Under the pieces are notes generated by a model that saw only the letters and a list, made by a program, of their open reading frames with translations, was not told the DNA's origin and ran no database searches. Positions 9,304-19,298 of a DNA stretch of 64,000 nt are shown here, one piece after another; the stretch's first letter is position 1, and each line of letters opens with the position of its first letter. Origin of the DNA: a virus; UHGV virus genome UHGV-2031204. One strand, given 5' to 3'. Both the position numbers and the translations under genes were made by a program.

Positions 9304-10800
9304 ATGGCAGGCCCAACTAAGCAAGTTATCGGTGAAGTAATTCGTCCACGTTTTAACGTTTACACCATCATGGATCATGCCTTAGGTAACTACGAAAAAG
9401 GTGAAGATGGTTTGTACTACCTTAACGGTGGTTTTGCCCACATCATGGGTTTCGCAGGTCGCGGTAACACTTTTAAATCCACCTTGTTAGATTTCTGTAT
9501 TTTCCAAATCCTGCAACGTTATAAAGCAGAGTGGGGTTCTAAGTACGATACAGAAGTGTCAGCCGCCCTCGATCGTTTAGAAACTGGGTACATCTCTGCC
9601 ATGAACGCCAACGGTATCGACGACGGAACGTCCGTACTGGAGCTTATCCACGAAGGTCGTTATAACCTGGTCGGTTCTGACGTAATGCCTGGGGAACAGT
9701 ATTACAGCGATTATATTCGTGATGAAGTTGAAAAACGCTTCAAGCAGTATATGTCTGGTAAAACCCGCGTAACGCCGTTCCCCGATCCGGTTCGTCGTAA
9801 GTTAAAAGAAATCCTGGACCCCTGGCTTTATTCTATCGACTCCCTGTCAGAGTGGCATTCCAGTTCGCTGGAAGACAAACACGCAAAAACTGATATTGGG
9901 GATTCTGATCAGAACATCCTGAATGCCCACGATGCCCTGCAAAAGTCGAACATGATGAGCCGCTGGCCGTCTGCGTTTGCACGCGGTGGTTTTTACATGG
10001 GCTTCGTGGCACAGATGGCCGATGACTCTGGGAAAGCGATGGCAGGTGGCCGTCAGGCACAAAAAGCAAATGCGAAAATTCTTGACGATGCCAACGACGA
10101 TTTAAAATTCGCAGGTATTCCTCGCCGTCAGCTTAGCTTTTTAACAAACTCTTTTATCGTCGCGACGAAATCAGGGGAACTGAAGAAAGACCAGAGCTAT
10201 AACGCGCAGACCGGTGTTAACGAAGAACTTTATCCGACGTCACGCTCTAAGGCGATGAATGCTTCGGTAAACGACTTGAAGATTATCACCTTTACTCAGT
10301 ATCGTGCGAAGGGCGGTCACACTGGTGTGAAATTCCAGATGATCTTCTCTCAGGAAATGGGTCTGTTATATCACCTGAGCCTGTGGCACTATTTAAGCGA
10401 CACACTGAAGAAGTCAGACTTTGGTTTCACGTCAAGCGGTAGCGGCGGCTCCATCAAAGAACTGGACATTCTACCTGGTGTGAAATTCCAACGCACGACA
10501 ATCCGTGATATGATTTCTGATAACGCGCGCTTACGTCGCGCTTTAGAAATCACGGCGGCAATCGCGTATATGCAAAACAACTACCATCGTCTTGAAATGA
10601 AGTATCATCTCAGCATGGGTGAGATTTACAAAATGATTGACGAGAAGTGGGACTGGAATGAAATTCTGGACAACACGGTAGAATACTGGATGTTTAAAGA
10701 CCAGGAAACCAAAGGTGGTAAACGTACATTGACTGCACGTACTATTCTGGGTATGGCTGTCGATGGGCTAGAACCGAAGTTCCTGACGAAAAAGAAATAA
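9304..10800 (+). CDS. candidate UvsX/RecA-like recombinase
   Basis: HIMGFAGRGNTFKSTLL...QRY resembles T4 UvsX P-loop region QIAGPSKSFKSNF...RQY; inference from memory. Confidence 0.35.
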   Translation: MAGPTKQVIGEVIRPRFNVYTIMDHALGNYEKGEDGLYYLNGGFAHIMGFAGRGNTFKSTLLDFCIFQILQRYKAEWGSKYDTEVSAALDRLETGYISAMNANGIDDGTSVLELIHEGRYNLVGSDVMPGEQYYSDYIRDEVEKRFKQYMSGKTRVTPFPDPVRRKLKEILDPWLYSIDSLSEWHSSSLEDKHAKTDIGDSDQNILNAHDALQKSNMMSRWPSAFARGGFYMGFVAQMADDSGKAMAGGRQAQKANAKILDDANDDLKFAGIPRRQLSFLTNSFIVATKSGELKKDQSYNAQTGVNEELYPTSRSKAMNASVNDLKIITFTQYRAKGGHTGVKFQMIFSQEMGLLYHLSLWHYLSDTLKKSDFGFTSSGSGGSIKELDILPGVKFQRTTIRDMISDNARLRRALEITAAIAYMQNNYHRLEMKYHLSMGEIYKMIDEKWDWNEILDNTVEYWMFKDQETKGGKRTLTARTILGMAVDGLEPKFLTKKK

Positions 10801-10806
10801 ATAGGC

Positions 10807-10830
10807 TCGGGTAGGGTAATCCCTACCCGA
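10807..10830 (+). promoter_or_regulatory. intergenic stem-loop without U-tract, directly before RBS
   Basis: TCGGGTAGGG/CCCTACCCGA 10-bp stem, TAAT loop, then CCTAAGGAG and ATG 10845. Confidence 0.4.
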
Positions 10831-10844
10831 CCTAAGGAGTCATC

Positions 10845-11144
10845 ATGCGTTATCAAACGGAGATTGTGGAACGCTTAAGTGAAGGATTGGCAAGTGTTAA
10901 TTTAGAAACAGCGGCCGAATTTCGTGAAGCCTTCACTCTTCCGTTTCCCGATCTGGAATCCTTTTGTTTAAAGGTCGCTGAGTATTACTCGAATCTATTA
11001 GTACGTTACGGGTATGCGCCAGTACGTTCCGAACTTCCTGAAAACACGGAAGCTATCAGCTACTGGATTGACCTGCTTGAAGCAGAAACGTTATCCAATT
11101 TACGTAAGGCGGTAGACAATGAAACTCGAACCAGCACGGCGTAA
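10845..11144 (+). CDS. hypothetical protein
   Basis: ORF with AAGGAG RBS. Confidence 0.45.
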   Translation: MRYQTEIVERLSEGLASVNLETAAEFREAFTLPFPDLESFCLKVAEYYSNLLVRYGYAPVRSELPENTEAISYWIDLLEAETLSNLRKAVDNETRTSTA

Positions 11145-11787
11145 AAAGGCGGAAGCCTACGCCTTACAAATCTTAAAGTTGGTAGACCCTTCTGGCATTA
11201 ATGCCGAAGCCGCGAAGAAAGCCTTCGCACGAATGACCGACGAACAGTTTAACCGACTTCGTGACGGTTTACCTATTTACAACCCGGTGGGAAGTAAAGT
11301 CGAAATTGACCACCTGCGCAATATCGAGGTGTGCAAAATCCTCGGGGTAAACCTGGAGCAACGACTGTGGCTAACAGAACCAAAAACGGGCGTTTATCAT
11401 CGTACCCGTTACCCTCACTTAGTCTTACGCTTGCCTGTCCGTCGTCAGACACAGATGCAAGAAAAGAAAATGGCGGTTGCGAAAAACGACAAAGTCCGCG
11501 ATAAACTCTCCGGCCAAGTCGTCGGCCCTTCCAAAGCATCCGGGGTATCCTTCCCAGAAGCATACATCATGTATTCCGATGGTCACGACTGGACGCTGAA
11601 AGAGTTCCTGTGGGCGCGTGGTGGTAACGACGCACTACAACGTGCTTTCTATCAGTCGTTACGCCAAACCGGTAAAGGTCGTATTGATTTGCCTGGAGCG
11701 GAGCGAACGAGTTCTAAAGCAACGCGTACGTGGTCAGCGTACCTAAAAGCGATGCATATCGGTAACAACATAGGCCATCCGTCATGA
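11119..11787 (+). CDS. hypothetical protein
   Basis: 222-aa ORF, overlaps neighbours. Confidence 0.45.
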   Translation: MKLEPARRKKAEAYALQILKLVDPSGINAEAAKKAFARMTDEQFNRLRDGLPIYNPVGSKVEIDHLRNIEVCKILGVNLEQRLWLTEPKTGVYHRTRYPHLVLRLPVRRQTQMQEKKMAVAKNDKVRDKLSGQVVGPSKASGVSFPEAYIMYSDGHDWTLKEFLWARGGNDALQRAFYQSLRQTGKGRIDLPGAERTSSKATRTWSAYLKAMHIGNNIGHPS

Positions 11788-12506
11788 GATTATCTCGACG
11801 TTTCTTAATCGATATTGATACGTTATTTGATACGCGTTTAGGTTGGGTAAAAGCCATTAAGCCTGAAAGCTTAGCCTTGCTAGACTACGATGTTTATCGC
11901 CGTCGCTACACAGAAGCTTGGGCTGGCGTACTCGGATTTGAAAAATGGGATGAAGAGTGGCGGAAGCGGGATAAGCGCGCGTTGATTAATGCGCAGCCTA
12001 CTGAATTATTGGCAACAATGAAAAACGAATTCGAGTGTATGCTGCTTGAAATCGAAATGCATTCGCCAATTGAAAAACCCACACTGACCATCAATACGTG
12101 GCCTTATACGGATTTAACGGGCGAAGAACTTCAAGCCTTTTTGAATCTGTTTCGGATGTACTACAATAACGTACAAGTTGAATTAGTGTCTTGGTCGTTA
12201 GAAGATCTCACACCGGGGAGATTGTCATTGGCGTGGGATTGCTGGATAATGTACGATTGGTTCGAGTGGATTAAGCTTAACGCCACACACTTGAAAAAAC
12301 CGATTCCGAGCTTTACCATCACACACCCTGCCATGCTCACACCAGAATTGACCGGGAAGTTGGTTGAACAAATCAAACAAGACGGGGTTAACCCGTTTAA
12401 GGAACATATCCGGTTTATGGCGGAGTGGGTCGGTGTCGACCCACGAGATGCCGCTTTATTTAGTCTTGCTCGCCCTGCTCAGGACGTGCAAACGCCGCCG
12501 TCATAA
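11784..12506 (+). CDS. hypothetical protein
   Basis: 240-aa ORF, ATGA overlap with upstream gene. Confidence 0.5.
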   Translation: MRLSRRFLIDIDTLFDTRLGWVKAIKPESLALLDYDVYRRRYTEAWAGVLGFEKWDEEWRKRDKRALINAQPTELLATMKNEFECMLLEIEMHSPIEKPTLTINTWPYTDLTGEELQAFLNLFRMYYNNVQVELVSWSLEDLTPGRLSLAWDCWIMYDWFEWIKLNATHLKKPIPSFTITHPAMLTPELTGKLVEQIKQDGVNPFKEHIRFMAEWVGVDPRDAALFSLARPAQDVQTPPS

Positions 12507-12924
12507 TGGACCTAACATCGATTTGTTCACCTACTGGTGCCAGCTCCCCTTCTGTTACCTCAACATTGGGAATAGCAGGAACGGGGGGCTGGTAGCCCTG
12601 GGTTTCGTCGATTTCCTCATCATGACGCCGTATTTTGATATTGCCACGTTGCATGAGGATGCTATTAAGTGCATTCGCCAAATCTTGGTTAGCTTCGCTG
12701 TTTTTCTGTGCAGCGGCGACGCGACGTTTGGAAATGATTTGTTTATCAACGTCGTTAAGCAAAGACCCTAACCGGTCTACCGTTTTCAAGTCTTTGTGTG
12801 CTTGTGGATCGTCTAAGATGAGATTCACAATCCGTACACGGGCTTGTTGCGTTTGGCGGAGAAGCGATTCTTCGTCGTCCACATCTCCATCAAACGCCTG
12901 ATATTTCACTTCTTCGTCAGCCAT
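12460..12924 (-). CDS. hypothetical acidic protein
   Basis: 154-aa ORF, N-terminus rich in D/E; 3' end overlaps the convergent gene. Confidence 0.45.
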   Translation of the reverse strand: MADEEVKYQAFDGDVDDEESLLRQTQQARVRIVNLILDDPQAHKDLKTVDRLGSLLNDVDKQIISKRRVAAAQKNSEANQDLANALNSILMQRGNIKIRRHDEEIDETQGYQPPVPAIPNVEVTEGELAPVGEQIDVRSIMTAAFARPEQGEQD

Positions 12925-12995
12925 TCTTACTACCTCAATTTCAAAAAGAAGTCAGACAGATATTATCTACGTGAGACATTCTTTAGGAGTGAATT

Positions 12996-13544
12996 ATGTT
13001 AACAGGAATAATAACTCGTTTTAAACAACGGTTAGAGAATAATCGTTTAAAAGCCCTCAGAGAGTCTCTGAAGCAGGAGTTCCATAAGAACACCCACAAC
13101 CCCTATGTCAGAGTCTTTACCGGCTTACAATTGCTTACGTTGCCTTTAAACATAAACGAAGAACCTTTTCGTCCCAGCCTTCGCGGTTTCCTCGAATTGC
13201 GTATTAATAACATTGATCTCGTTTATCAACGTTTGGCATTTCTCATTAATGAATACCAACGAGCAATTAACAGGAGTTCAATCGAATGGCTGCCATTACC
13301 TGACGCTTTAAATAAACGAAACGACTTGGCGGAATACCGATGGCTAGACACTTATTTTGGGACGTCCAGTCCTGAGGTTGCCGCTTATAAGCTGGGTAAA
13401 TTACTCGCGCTAATTCAACCCTATGAATCGGCGTTCCTTAAACCGGAGTCCGACGAAGACAAAGCGCTGGTAAATCAAACTGCGCATTTATTCCGGGAGT
13501 TGGAAACGTTGATTGAACACTACCTTTTAGAACGTCCTATTTAA
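12996..13544 (+). CDS. hypothetical protein
   Basis: TTAGGAG RBS before ATG 12996. Confidence 0.5.
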   Translation: MLTGIITRFKQRLENNRLKALRESLKQEFHKNTHNPYVRVFTGLQLLTLPLNINEEPFRPSLRGFLELRINNIDLVYQRLAFLINEYQRAINRSSIEWLPLPDALNKRNDLAEYRWLDTYFGTSSPEVAAYKLGKLLALIQPYESAFLKPESDEDKALVNQTAHLFRELETLIEHYLLERPI

Positions 13545-13577
13545 TAAACCAGTAACCCCTTGTAACAAGGTGATGTG

Positions 13578-14420
13578 ATGGATAGCAAAAAAGTAAGTGT
13601 GGTCGTGGACGCTGAAGACGAACGTGCAGGCGGACCACTTCAAACGCTTTATTGGAATTATAAAGAATTGATCGGATGGAAGCCTTCGGATTACAAACTC
13701 GCCGTCGCCAAACATATTCTGTCTCCAGAATTTAAAACACGTTCAAAAGCAACGATGGACGATCGAATACAACGTATCTCCACGAAGCTGAGTTCAGGTA
13801 ACATCCCCGCACTACCTGTCGATCTTACCTGGCGAGGTTTTACAGAAGGGTTGGTGATTACCGGAGTGGAAACACTGCGGATTTGTGTGACCACTTACCG
13901 AGGACACTTCAAAACAAAAACCGTATCTGAAATTACCACACGCGTGCGTGAAGATCTCGCTCGGGATTTGTTCGAAGATAACGACGAACGACCTAAAGAG
14001 TCTGCAACTGCGCAATTGAACCGTTATTTCCAGAACTGTGGTGAGACCGCAAAGATGATGGTGCATCCGTTATCTCGGCTAACTTGGACTATCTTCGCAA
14101 ACATGAAAATGAATGCGGATTGGTGGTATCGTCTTTCCACAAACTTCGTTAACGATCCTGCTAACTGTGAGCAGACACCGTCGAAACGAAATGATTTGCG
14201 GCACAACATGCAGCACAATCTAAGGTTAAAAAAGAAGTTTTCCTGGAAATGGTTTATGAGGGTACTCAAGGCAATTGATGTTCGTAGTTTCGAAATCCTT
14301 CTGACCTTAAGGCGTCAGAAAGACAATAAAATCTACGAAGTTCAGGTCACGGTAAACCTTGACGAATACCAAATTGGAGACCAGAATGAAAATCGACCAA
14401 ATAACCAGTCAGATAAATAA
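13578..14420 (+). CDS. hypothetical protein
   Basis: Long ORF. Confidence 0.5.
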   Translation: MDSKKVSVVVDAEDERAGGPLQTLYWNYKELIGWKPSDYKLAVAKHILSPEFKTRSKATMDDRIQRISTKLSSGNIPALPVDLTWRGFTEGLVITGVETLRICVTTYRGHFKTKTVSEITTRVREDLARDLFEDNDERPKESATAQLNRYFQNCGETAKMMVHPLSRLTWTIFANMKMNADWWYRLSTNFVNDPANCEQTPSKRNDLRHNMQHNLRLKKKFSWKWFMRVLKAIDVRSFEILLTLRRQKDNKIYEVQVTVNLDEYQIGDQNENRPNNQSDK

Positions 14421-15660
14421 AGGTCAGTCAGCAATCGATAATTCCGTTAATACGGCAAAGAACGCCGCAAACCGCGTACAATCGACGGTGGAGAATGCGG
14501 AGCGTGGCATTAAAAACACGGTCGATAGCGTCAACCGATTATCAGAACGTGCTGGTGAAACATTCAACAAACTGATTAGCGGCGGCAACGAACTGACCAG
14601 CAAAATTGGTAACCTTTTTGGCGGTAGCGATACCGCCAGTGTTGGAGGTAGTAAGACTGCTGGGAGTTCGGCCTCCGGTGTATCTCCGGGACAAAAGGTT
14701 CCCGGTTTTGCATCTAATACCAAAGAAACGCTTCCTGTCCTCGACCCGCAAAAGCGTGACGTTTCTGAACCCTTTAAGAAAAAGGACGAAGATGGTCTAA
14801 AGGCGTTAGACTACCTAAGTCCAGGCGGAATGGGGAAGCTGTTAGGTAAAGGGTGGGACAGCATCGGCAGCTTAACCGACTCTGTTTTATCAGGTATCGG
14901 CACTGACTTTAACTCGGTGAAAAAACGTCTCGAAGGGACGATGAACATTGCTGGGCAACTGGCTAAACTCCCCTCGGAAGTTAGCCAAGAAGTCAACGGG
15001 TTTATGTCTGAAGTCAACAGTATGCGTTATCAGATCACCTCGATCGTTGATGACGTACAACATACTTTCGACAGCTACAAAGACTTAGACGACTTCTTAG
15101 CCATCGATAACCTGATTAACAGCTTTAAAGGCAGCGACAGTTTCTCCACGTTAGACATTAATACCTCTTCAGCGCTGATTTATGGCCTATCTACCAAACT
15201 GAACAGTTATGGTTTACCGGCTAAAATTGAGCCGATGCTTCAAGCGATTACCGACACACAAGCAAAAGAGGTACTGTACGGCGAGTTGATGATTCAGGCG
15301 GCAGCGACAGGTAATCTGGATTCAACAGAATACTATCTGGATAAACTGCAACCGGGACAAGGGACCCAGATCGCAGCCACCGTTATCCAAAATCTCATGG
15401 CTAACCTACGGGTTGAACCTGGTGTCAGTTTCAAAACGTATGGTACTCGTCTATTAACGCTATTTAAAGGATTAGATGCAAAGTGGGACAAAGCGAAGAA
15501 TATCACGCCGGAAATGACTGAACTTAAACTTTACACCTATGCAGGCGTAAATGCGATTCAGGCGCTACTGACCACCGAGAAACGTAATTACGTGATTGCT
15601 GCAGGCAGTGTAAGTTACCAGTCTACCGATAAAATCGTGGAAGACTATTTTGCAATTTAA
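14385..15660 (+). CDS. hypothetical protein, low complexity and coiled-coil-like
   Basis: GGAG RBS before ATG 14385 (track ORF starts earlier at 14359). Confidence 0.45.
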
Positions 15661-15670
15661 GAGGCCGGTT

Positions 15671-16492
15671 ATGTCCGAACCACAATTACTGCGTTCCGTA
15701 TTAAAGAAGATCAAAAGTCAGGGCGAAGACAATCACGCTCTGGCATTAACGCTGGGTTATCAACCTGGGCGAAATAATCCTAATGGATACGTTAACGCGT
15801 CAAACATCGTGCTTACTCCTGATGAGCGCTTTGTTTATGTCCTATACCTTCGTCGTTTAGGCTACGTTTGTGCGTTACCCGAAAAACTCCCTTTTACCGA
15901 TGGTATCAACCATCTTAACCTTTACTCTAACGGTCGTACTACCGTAGGGAAAATGATCAGTAACTTCTACGCACAACCTAACGGTGCGAAATTCGACACA
16001 ATTCACGGTCAGTTTTTAACGCTAGAAGGCTACTATCATTATTTAAGGATCGTAGACTATCTGTTCTACAAAGGCTACGGAATAAACGCTTTGGGTCGTT
16101 TGGAAACTGAATATCCTGACATCCGTTTATTACGCACCCTGACTGGGGCTGAATGTATACAACGCGGTCGGCGATTAAAGGCGAGTATTTACGGGGGCAC
16201 GGATTATCGGCCTGGCGAGTTTAGCGATTACGCGAACGGTGCATTTCAAAACGCATTACTGCGTAAACTCCGACTCTTGAAGTTTGACGGAAGCTGCTTA
16301 GGTAATGTGTTATCGTACTGTCATTCGATGGGATTACCGTTCTTGCATTACTACGTTATGAACGGCCGGGTTATTACACCACCCCATTCGGAATGGCTTC
16401 CTAATCTGGTGGTTTCTATTGTAGAAAACATCGACTTTAACGACACAACGTTCGACATTACGAGCGTCAGTGAAAGTATGGGATTAATCTAA
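15671..16492 (+). CDS. hypothetical protein
   Basis: AGAGG RBS before ATG 15671. Confidence 0.45.
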   Translation: MSEPQLLRSVLKKIKSQGEDNHALALTLGYQPGRNNPNGYVNASNIVLTPDERFVYVLYLRRLGYVCALPEKLPFTDGINHLNLYSNGRTTVGKMISNFYAQPNGAKFDTIHGQFLTLEGYYHYLRIVDYLFYKGYGINALGRLETEYPDIRLLRTLTGAECIQRGRRLKASIYGGTDYRPGEFSDYANGAFQNALLRKLRLLKFDGSCLGNVLSYCHSMGLPFLHYYVMNGRVITPPHSEWLPNLVVSIVENIDFNDTTFDITSVSESMGLI

Positions 16493-17151
16493 TGGGATTA
16501 TTCGATACCCTTGCGCAATTGGAAAAAGCGCAGGAAGAAGAGGTTATTCGCGTTGTGGGCGAATCCATTAAACGCGAAGTGGAAAAGGAATATTGCGTCT
16601 GGGTTAAACCTACGGAAGCGGGATGGGATTGGCTCCACGCACAGTCCGCTAAGATGTTCATGGACATTCTCATGCCGATAGAAGGCGGGCGTCGTCGTAT
16701 CCGTATTAAAGAAGACGGTACAGCACAGCTAACGCTTAAGCGTAAATTCCTGGATGGAAAAGTTGAAGAGAATTCGGATATCGGTATTAGTTCTGCACTC
16801 TCTTTTTACAAGGACGGTTATTTGGCACACCTGGTGAAACGTATTCACTTAGAACCGGGTGAATTAGCCGATAAAGGTGCTAAGCATTGGGATATTGATA
16901 TTTTCAGTATCACCACCGGACACCCCGCAATTGAAGTTTCGGGTGACTTTAACGATCTCCTCACTGAAATGCGTAGCAGTACCAGCGTCGGTGACTGGGT
17001 GAAAGTTGAACTGGAAGTCGAACGTTACGAGATTGCGGATGTTCTGTCTGTGATTCCGTTTGAGTTTGACGGCCATATTCCGGCTACGCCAAAAGATCCT
17101 GAAGACCAAGAATATCTTCGTGATTACTGGGATTCAGTTACCCGTATGTAA
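16492..17151 (+). CDS. hypothetical protein
   Basis: Start overlaps upstream stop (TAATG); terminator follows. Confidence 0.5.
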   Translation: MGLFDTLAQLEKAQEEEVIRVVGESIKREVEKEYCVWVKPTEAGWDWLHAQSAKMFMDILMPIEGGRRRIRIKEDGTAQLTLKRKFLDGKVEENSDIGISSALSFYKDGYLAHLVKRIHLEPGELADKGAKHWDIDIFSITTGHPAIEVSGDFNDLLTEMRSSTSVGDWVKVELEVERYEIADVLSVIPFEFDGHIPATPKDPEDQEYLRDYWDSVTRM

Positions 17152-17157
17152 CACCTA

Positions 17158-17195
17158 CCCTACTCCTGACTAGGAGTAGGGTATTTTCATTTTTT
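17158..17195 (+). terminator. rho-independent terminator
   Basis: CCCTACTCCT/AGGAGTAGGG stem, GACT loop, long T-run. Confidence 0.7.
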
Positions 17196-17214
17196 ACCCT
17201 AAAGGAGAATTACC

Positions 17215-17583
17215 ATGCAAGCTCAGTTTTTTAGTACACCCAAAGGTTTCGGTTTTAAATTCCCTGAATTTGTTTTACCAAAACAAGTTATTGAGGTACC
17301 CTTCCCCCGTTATGTGCAATTAGGACTGCGCACTGTACTTGCCAACTTTTCGGGAAAGACTGTGGAATTTCGTGTGTGGGAAGGTTCGGGAAGTCCTGGC
17401 GGTGTTATGTTTGTTGATTACAATTGGATTAAAAGAACAGGTTTTCCGCTTGTACGAACAGTTGAGGCTGCTCGTGGATTACCCTTCCACGCTCTACTGG
17501 AAGATATAACGTTACCTGTAACTGGCGATTATTCTTCTCCTGCGGATGACGAATACCAAATTCATCTTGTTTTGTTGAAATGA
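17215..17583 (+). CDS. hypothetical protein
   Basis: AAAGGAG RBS. Confidence 0.5.
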   Translation: MQAQFFSTPKGFGFKFPEFVLPKQVIEVPFPRYVQLGLRTVLANFSGKTVEFRVWEGSGSPGGVMFVDYNWIKRTGFPLVRTVEAARGLPFHALLEDITLPVTGDYSSPADDEYQIHLVLLK

Positions 17584-17643
17584 TTTTTACAGTTGGGAAC
17601 AGACTTATGTCTCCCAAGACTGCGTTTAAGTGGAGAAACAATT

Positions 17644-18108
17644 ATGCGTGGATATATTCTCGATCTTGCAATTTCTGTAGAAGAACTTGTGGAAAAACTC
17701 GGCGGTACCGGTCATGGGCTTCATGGGAAGACCAAAAGCATAGCTCATCTTCTCGAACCAAAATACGAACGGAAACTCCACATGATTGCTTCCGTTCGCA
17801 ACAAAGCCGCTCACAGGAGAGTTCTTCCCGATCGCATAGACGTCTATGAACAAGCTGTGGAAGAAACGAGGCTCTATTTAGAAGAACTGATTGGGGAAGA
17901 AGAACGGAAACGTCGTTGTGAAGAGGAAATAAATCCCAGCTGTCTGGAACGCGAAGCGATGTGGAGAGAACGGGCAGAAGAGGCCAAACGACGTAACGAA
18001 AAGAAAAGATGGGACGATATGAGTGTAATAGAAAAGATAGGTTGGGGTGCCGGGATTGCAATCGTGGGAGCTGCGGTTGCGTACCTTAAAATAAAGTCTC
18101 GTGACTAA
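17644..18108 (+). CDS. membrane-anchored protein with HEPN-like RNxxxH motif
   Basis: IASVRNKAAHRR (R-N-x-x-x-H); C-terminal hydrophobic helix GWGAGIAIVGAAVAYL; start chosen at ATG 17644. Confidence 0.35.
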   Translation: MRGYILDLAISVEELVEKLGGTGHGLHGKTKSIAHLLEPKYERKLHMIASVRNKAAHRRVLPDRIDVYEQAVEETRLYLEELIGEEERKRRCEEEINPSCLEREAMWRERAEEAKRRNEKKRWDDMSVIEKIGWGAGIAIVGAAVAYLKIKSRD

Positions 18109-18122
18109 ATCGGGTATCGGAA

Positions 18123-18668
18123 ATGAAACAAATACAGTTAACTGATCACGTTAATGCGTTTAAACACTTTCTGGATAACGCGGGTATAAAACCTGGCGAA
18201 CAGACAGACGCATGGACTGCACGTGTTTATGGAAGTATTGGCAAAGTCTGTGAATCCACAACAACACACGATGGGTTGTTTGTTGCTAAAGCAGTAGGTA
18301 TTGCCTTGTGGGATCTTGCTGCCTTGGTTTACGTGATGAATAACGGGGATTTACGCCCCCTTGAAAAATCGTTACACAGACTACTAGCCATTAAGAAATG
18401 GAAAAACGAACATCCTGAAACAATCGCGGTGACGTTGATGCCAGAAGCGGTACTTGCCATCAAAGCGGTACGCAGTTGTACCGCACGCGCACAAATGGAG
18501 CGTCGACTACACCTCACGACGCTCTTTTATCAGTTGGCTAGAATTGTAAAGATGAACGGCCTAATCTTCGACCGGGTTCTACAAAACGGACGTATAAGTT
18601 GGACAGAAGAACTAAGCAGTTCTCCGTTCTATACAAAACTAAAGCTTAAAGACATTTTGAAGGATTAA
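18123..18668 (+). CDS. hypothetical protein
   Basis: 181-aa ORF. Confidence 0.5.
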   Translation: MKQIQLTDHVNAFKHFLDNAGIKPGEQTDAWTARVYGSIGKVCESTTTHDGLFVAKAVGIALWDLAALVYVMNNGDLRPLEKSLHRLLAIKKWKNEHPETIAVTLMPEAVLAIKAVRSCTARAQMERRLHLTTLFYQLARIVKMNGLIFDRVLQNGRISWTEELSSSPFYTKLKLKDILKD

Positions 18669-18669
18669 C

Positions 18670-18978
18670 ATGGAAAACTATTCGGGTTGGGCAATTTCGC
18701 AGTGCATTGGTTATTCTTTACGTTCTTTAGTGCGTACACTTTATAACAAAAACTCAGGCGAAGCTATTACACCACAGTTACTGGGCAAATTGGAAGTCGA
18801 AGTTAACCACAAATTAAAGCAGTTACTCGACAGCCACGTAAGAACAATGCGTTGGGAGTTCTTGCTACGTGGTAAGAAGCCAACAATTACCGTTGTAGCA
18901 GAAGGCAGTGAAATCGTACTGCAATCCAACGCAGACCTATTTGAAATTTTAACTGAACTCGAAAGGGACAAAATCTGA
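18670..18978 (+). CDS. hypothetical protein
   Basis: 102-aa ORF. Confidence 0.45.
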   Translation: MENYSGWAISQCIGYSLRSLVRTLYNKNSGEAITPQLLGKLEVEVNHKLKQLLDSHVRTMRWEFLLRGKKPTITVVAEGSEIVLQSNADLFEILTELERDKI

Positions 18979-19298
18979 TGGTTACGAACGACAATATCAA
19001 GAAAAAGATTGACGAAATTATAAGCGTCAGTTTAGATAGAATCGAATTAATTCCCGAAACTAAGGAGATCAAATATTACGTTCCTGCGGACGAACTATTT
19101 CCAGGTCTTCTTAGAATCTCACCAAAAAAGGTTGAAGAGGCTAAACGGCAATTCGAAGTTCGTGGCCTTAAGGTTGACATTGTTAACAAAAAACATTTCC
19201 ATGTAACGTATAGCCAGGAAAACATTATATTTAGTCCTGAACAAGCGCAACGTAATTTAGATATTTTAACGAAACGAATGGGGAATAATAACAAATGA
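18978..19298 (+). CDS. hypothetical protein
   Basis: 106-aa ORF coupled to neighbours. Confidence 0.45.
   Translation: MVTNDNIKKKIDEIISVSLDRIELIPETKEIKYYVPADELFPGLLRISPKKVEEAKRQFEVRGLKVDIVNKKHFHVTYSQENIIFSPEQAQRNLDILTKRMGNNNK

Noticed and set aside
9460-9500. Canonical Walker A ATPase in the 9304-10800 product
   Set aside because: The sequence GFAGRGNTFKST does not fit GxxxxGK[ST]; kept only as a tentative UvsX/RecA-like call.
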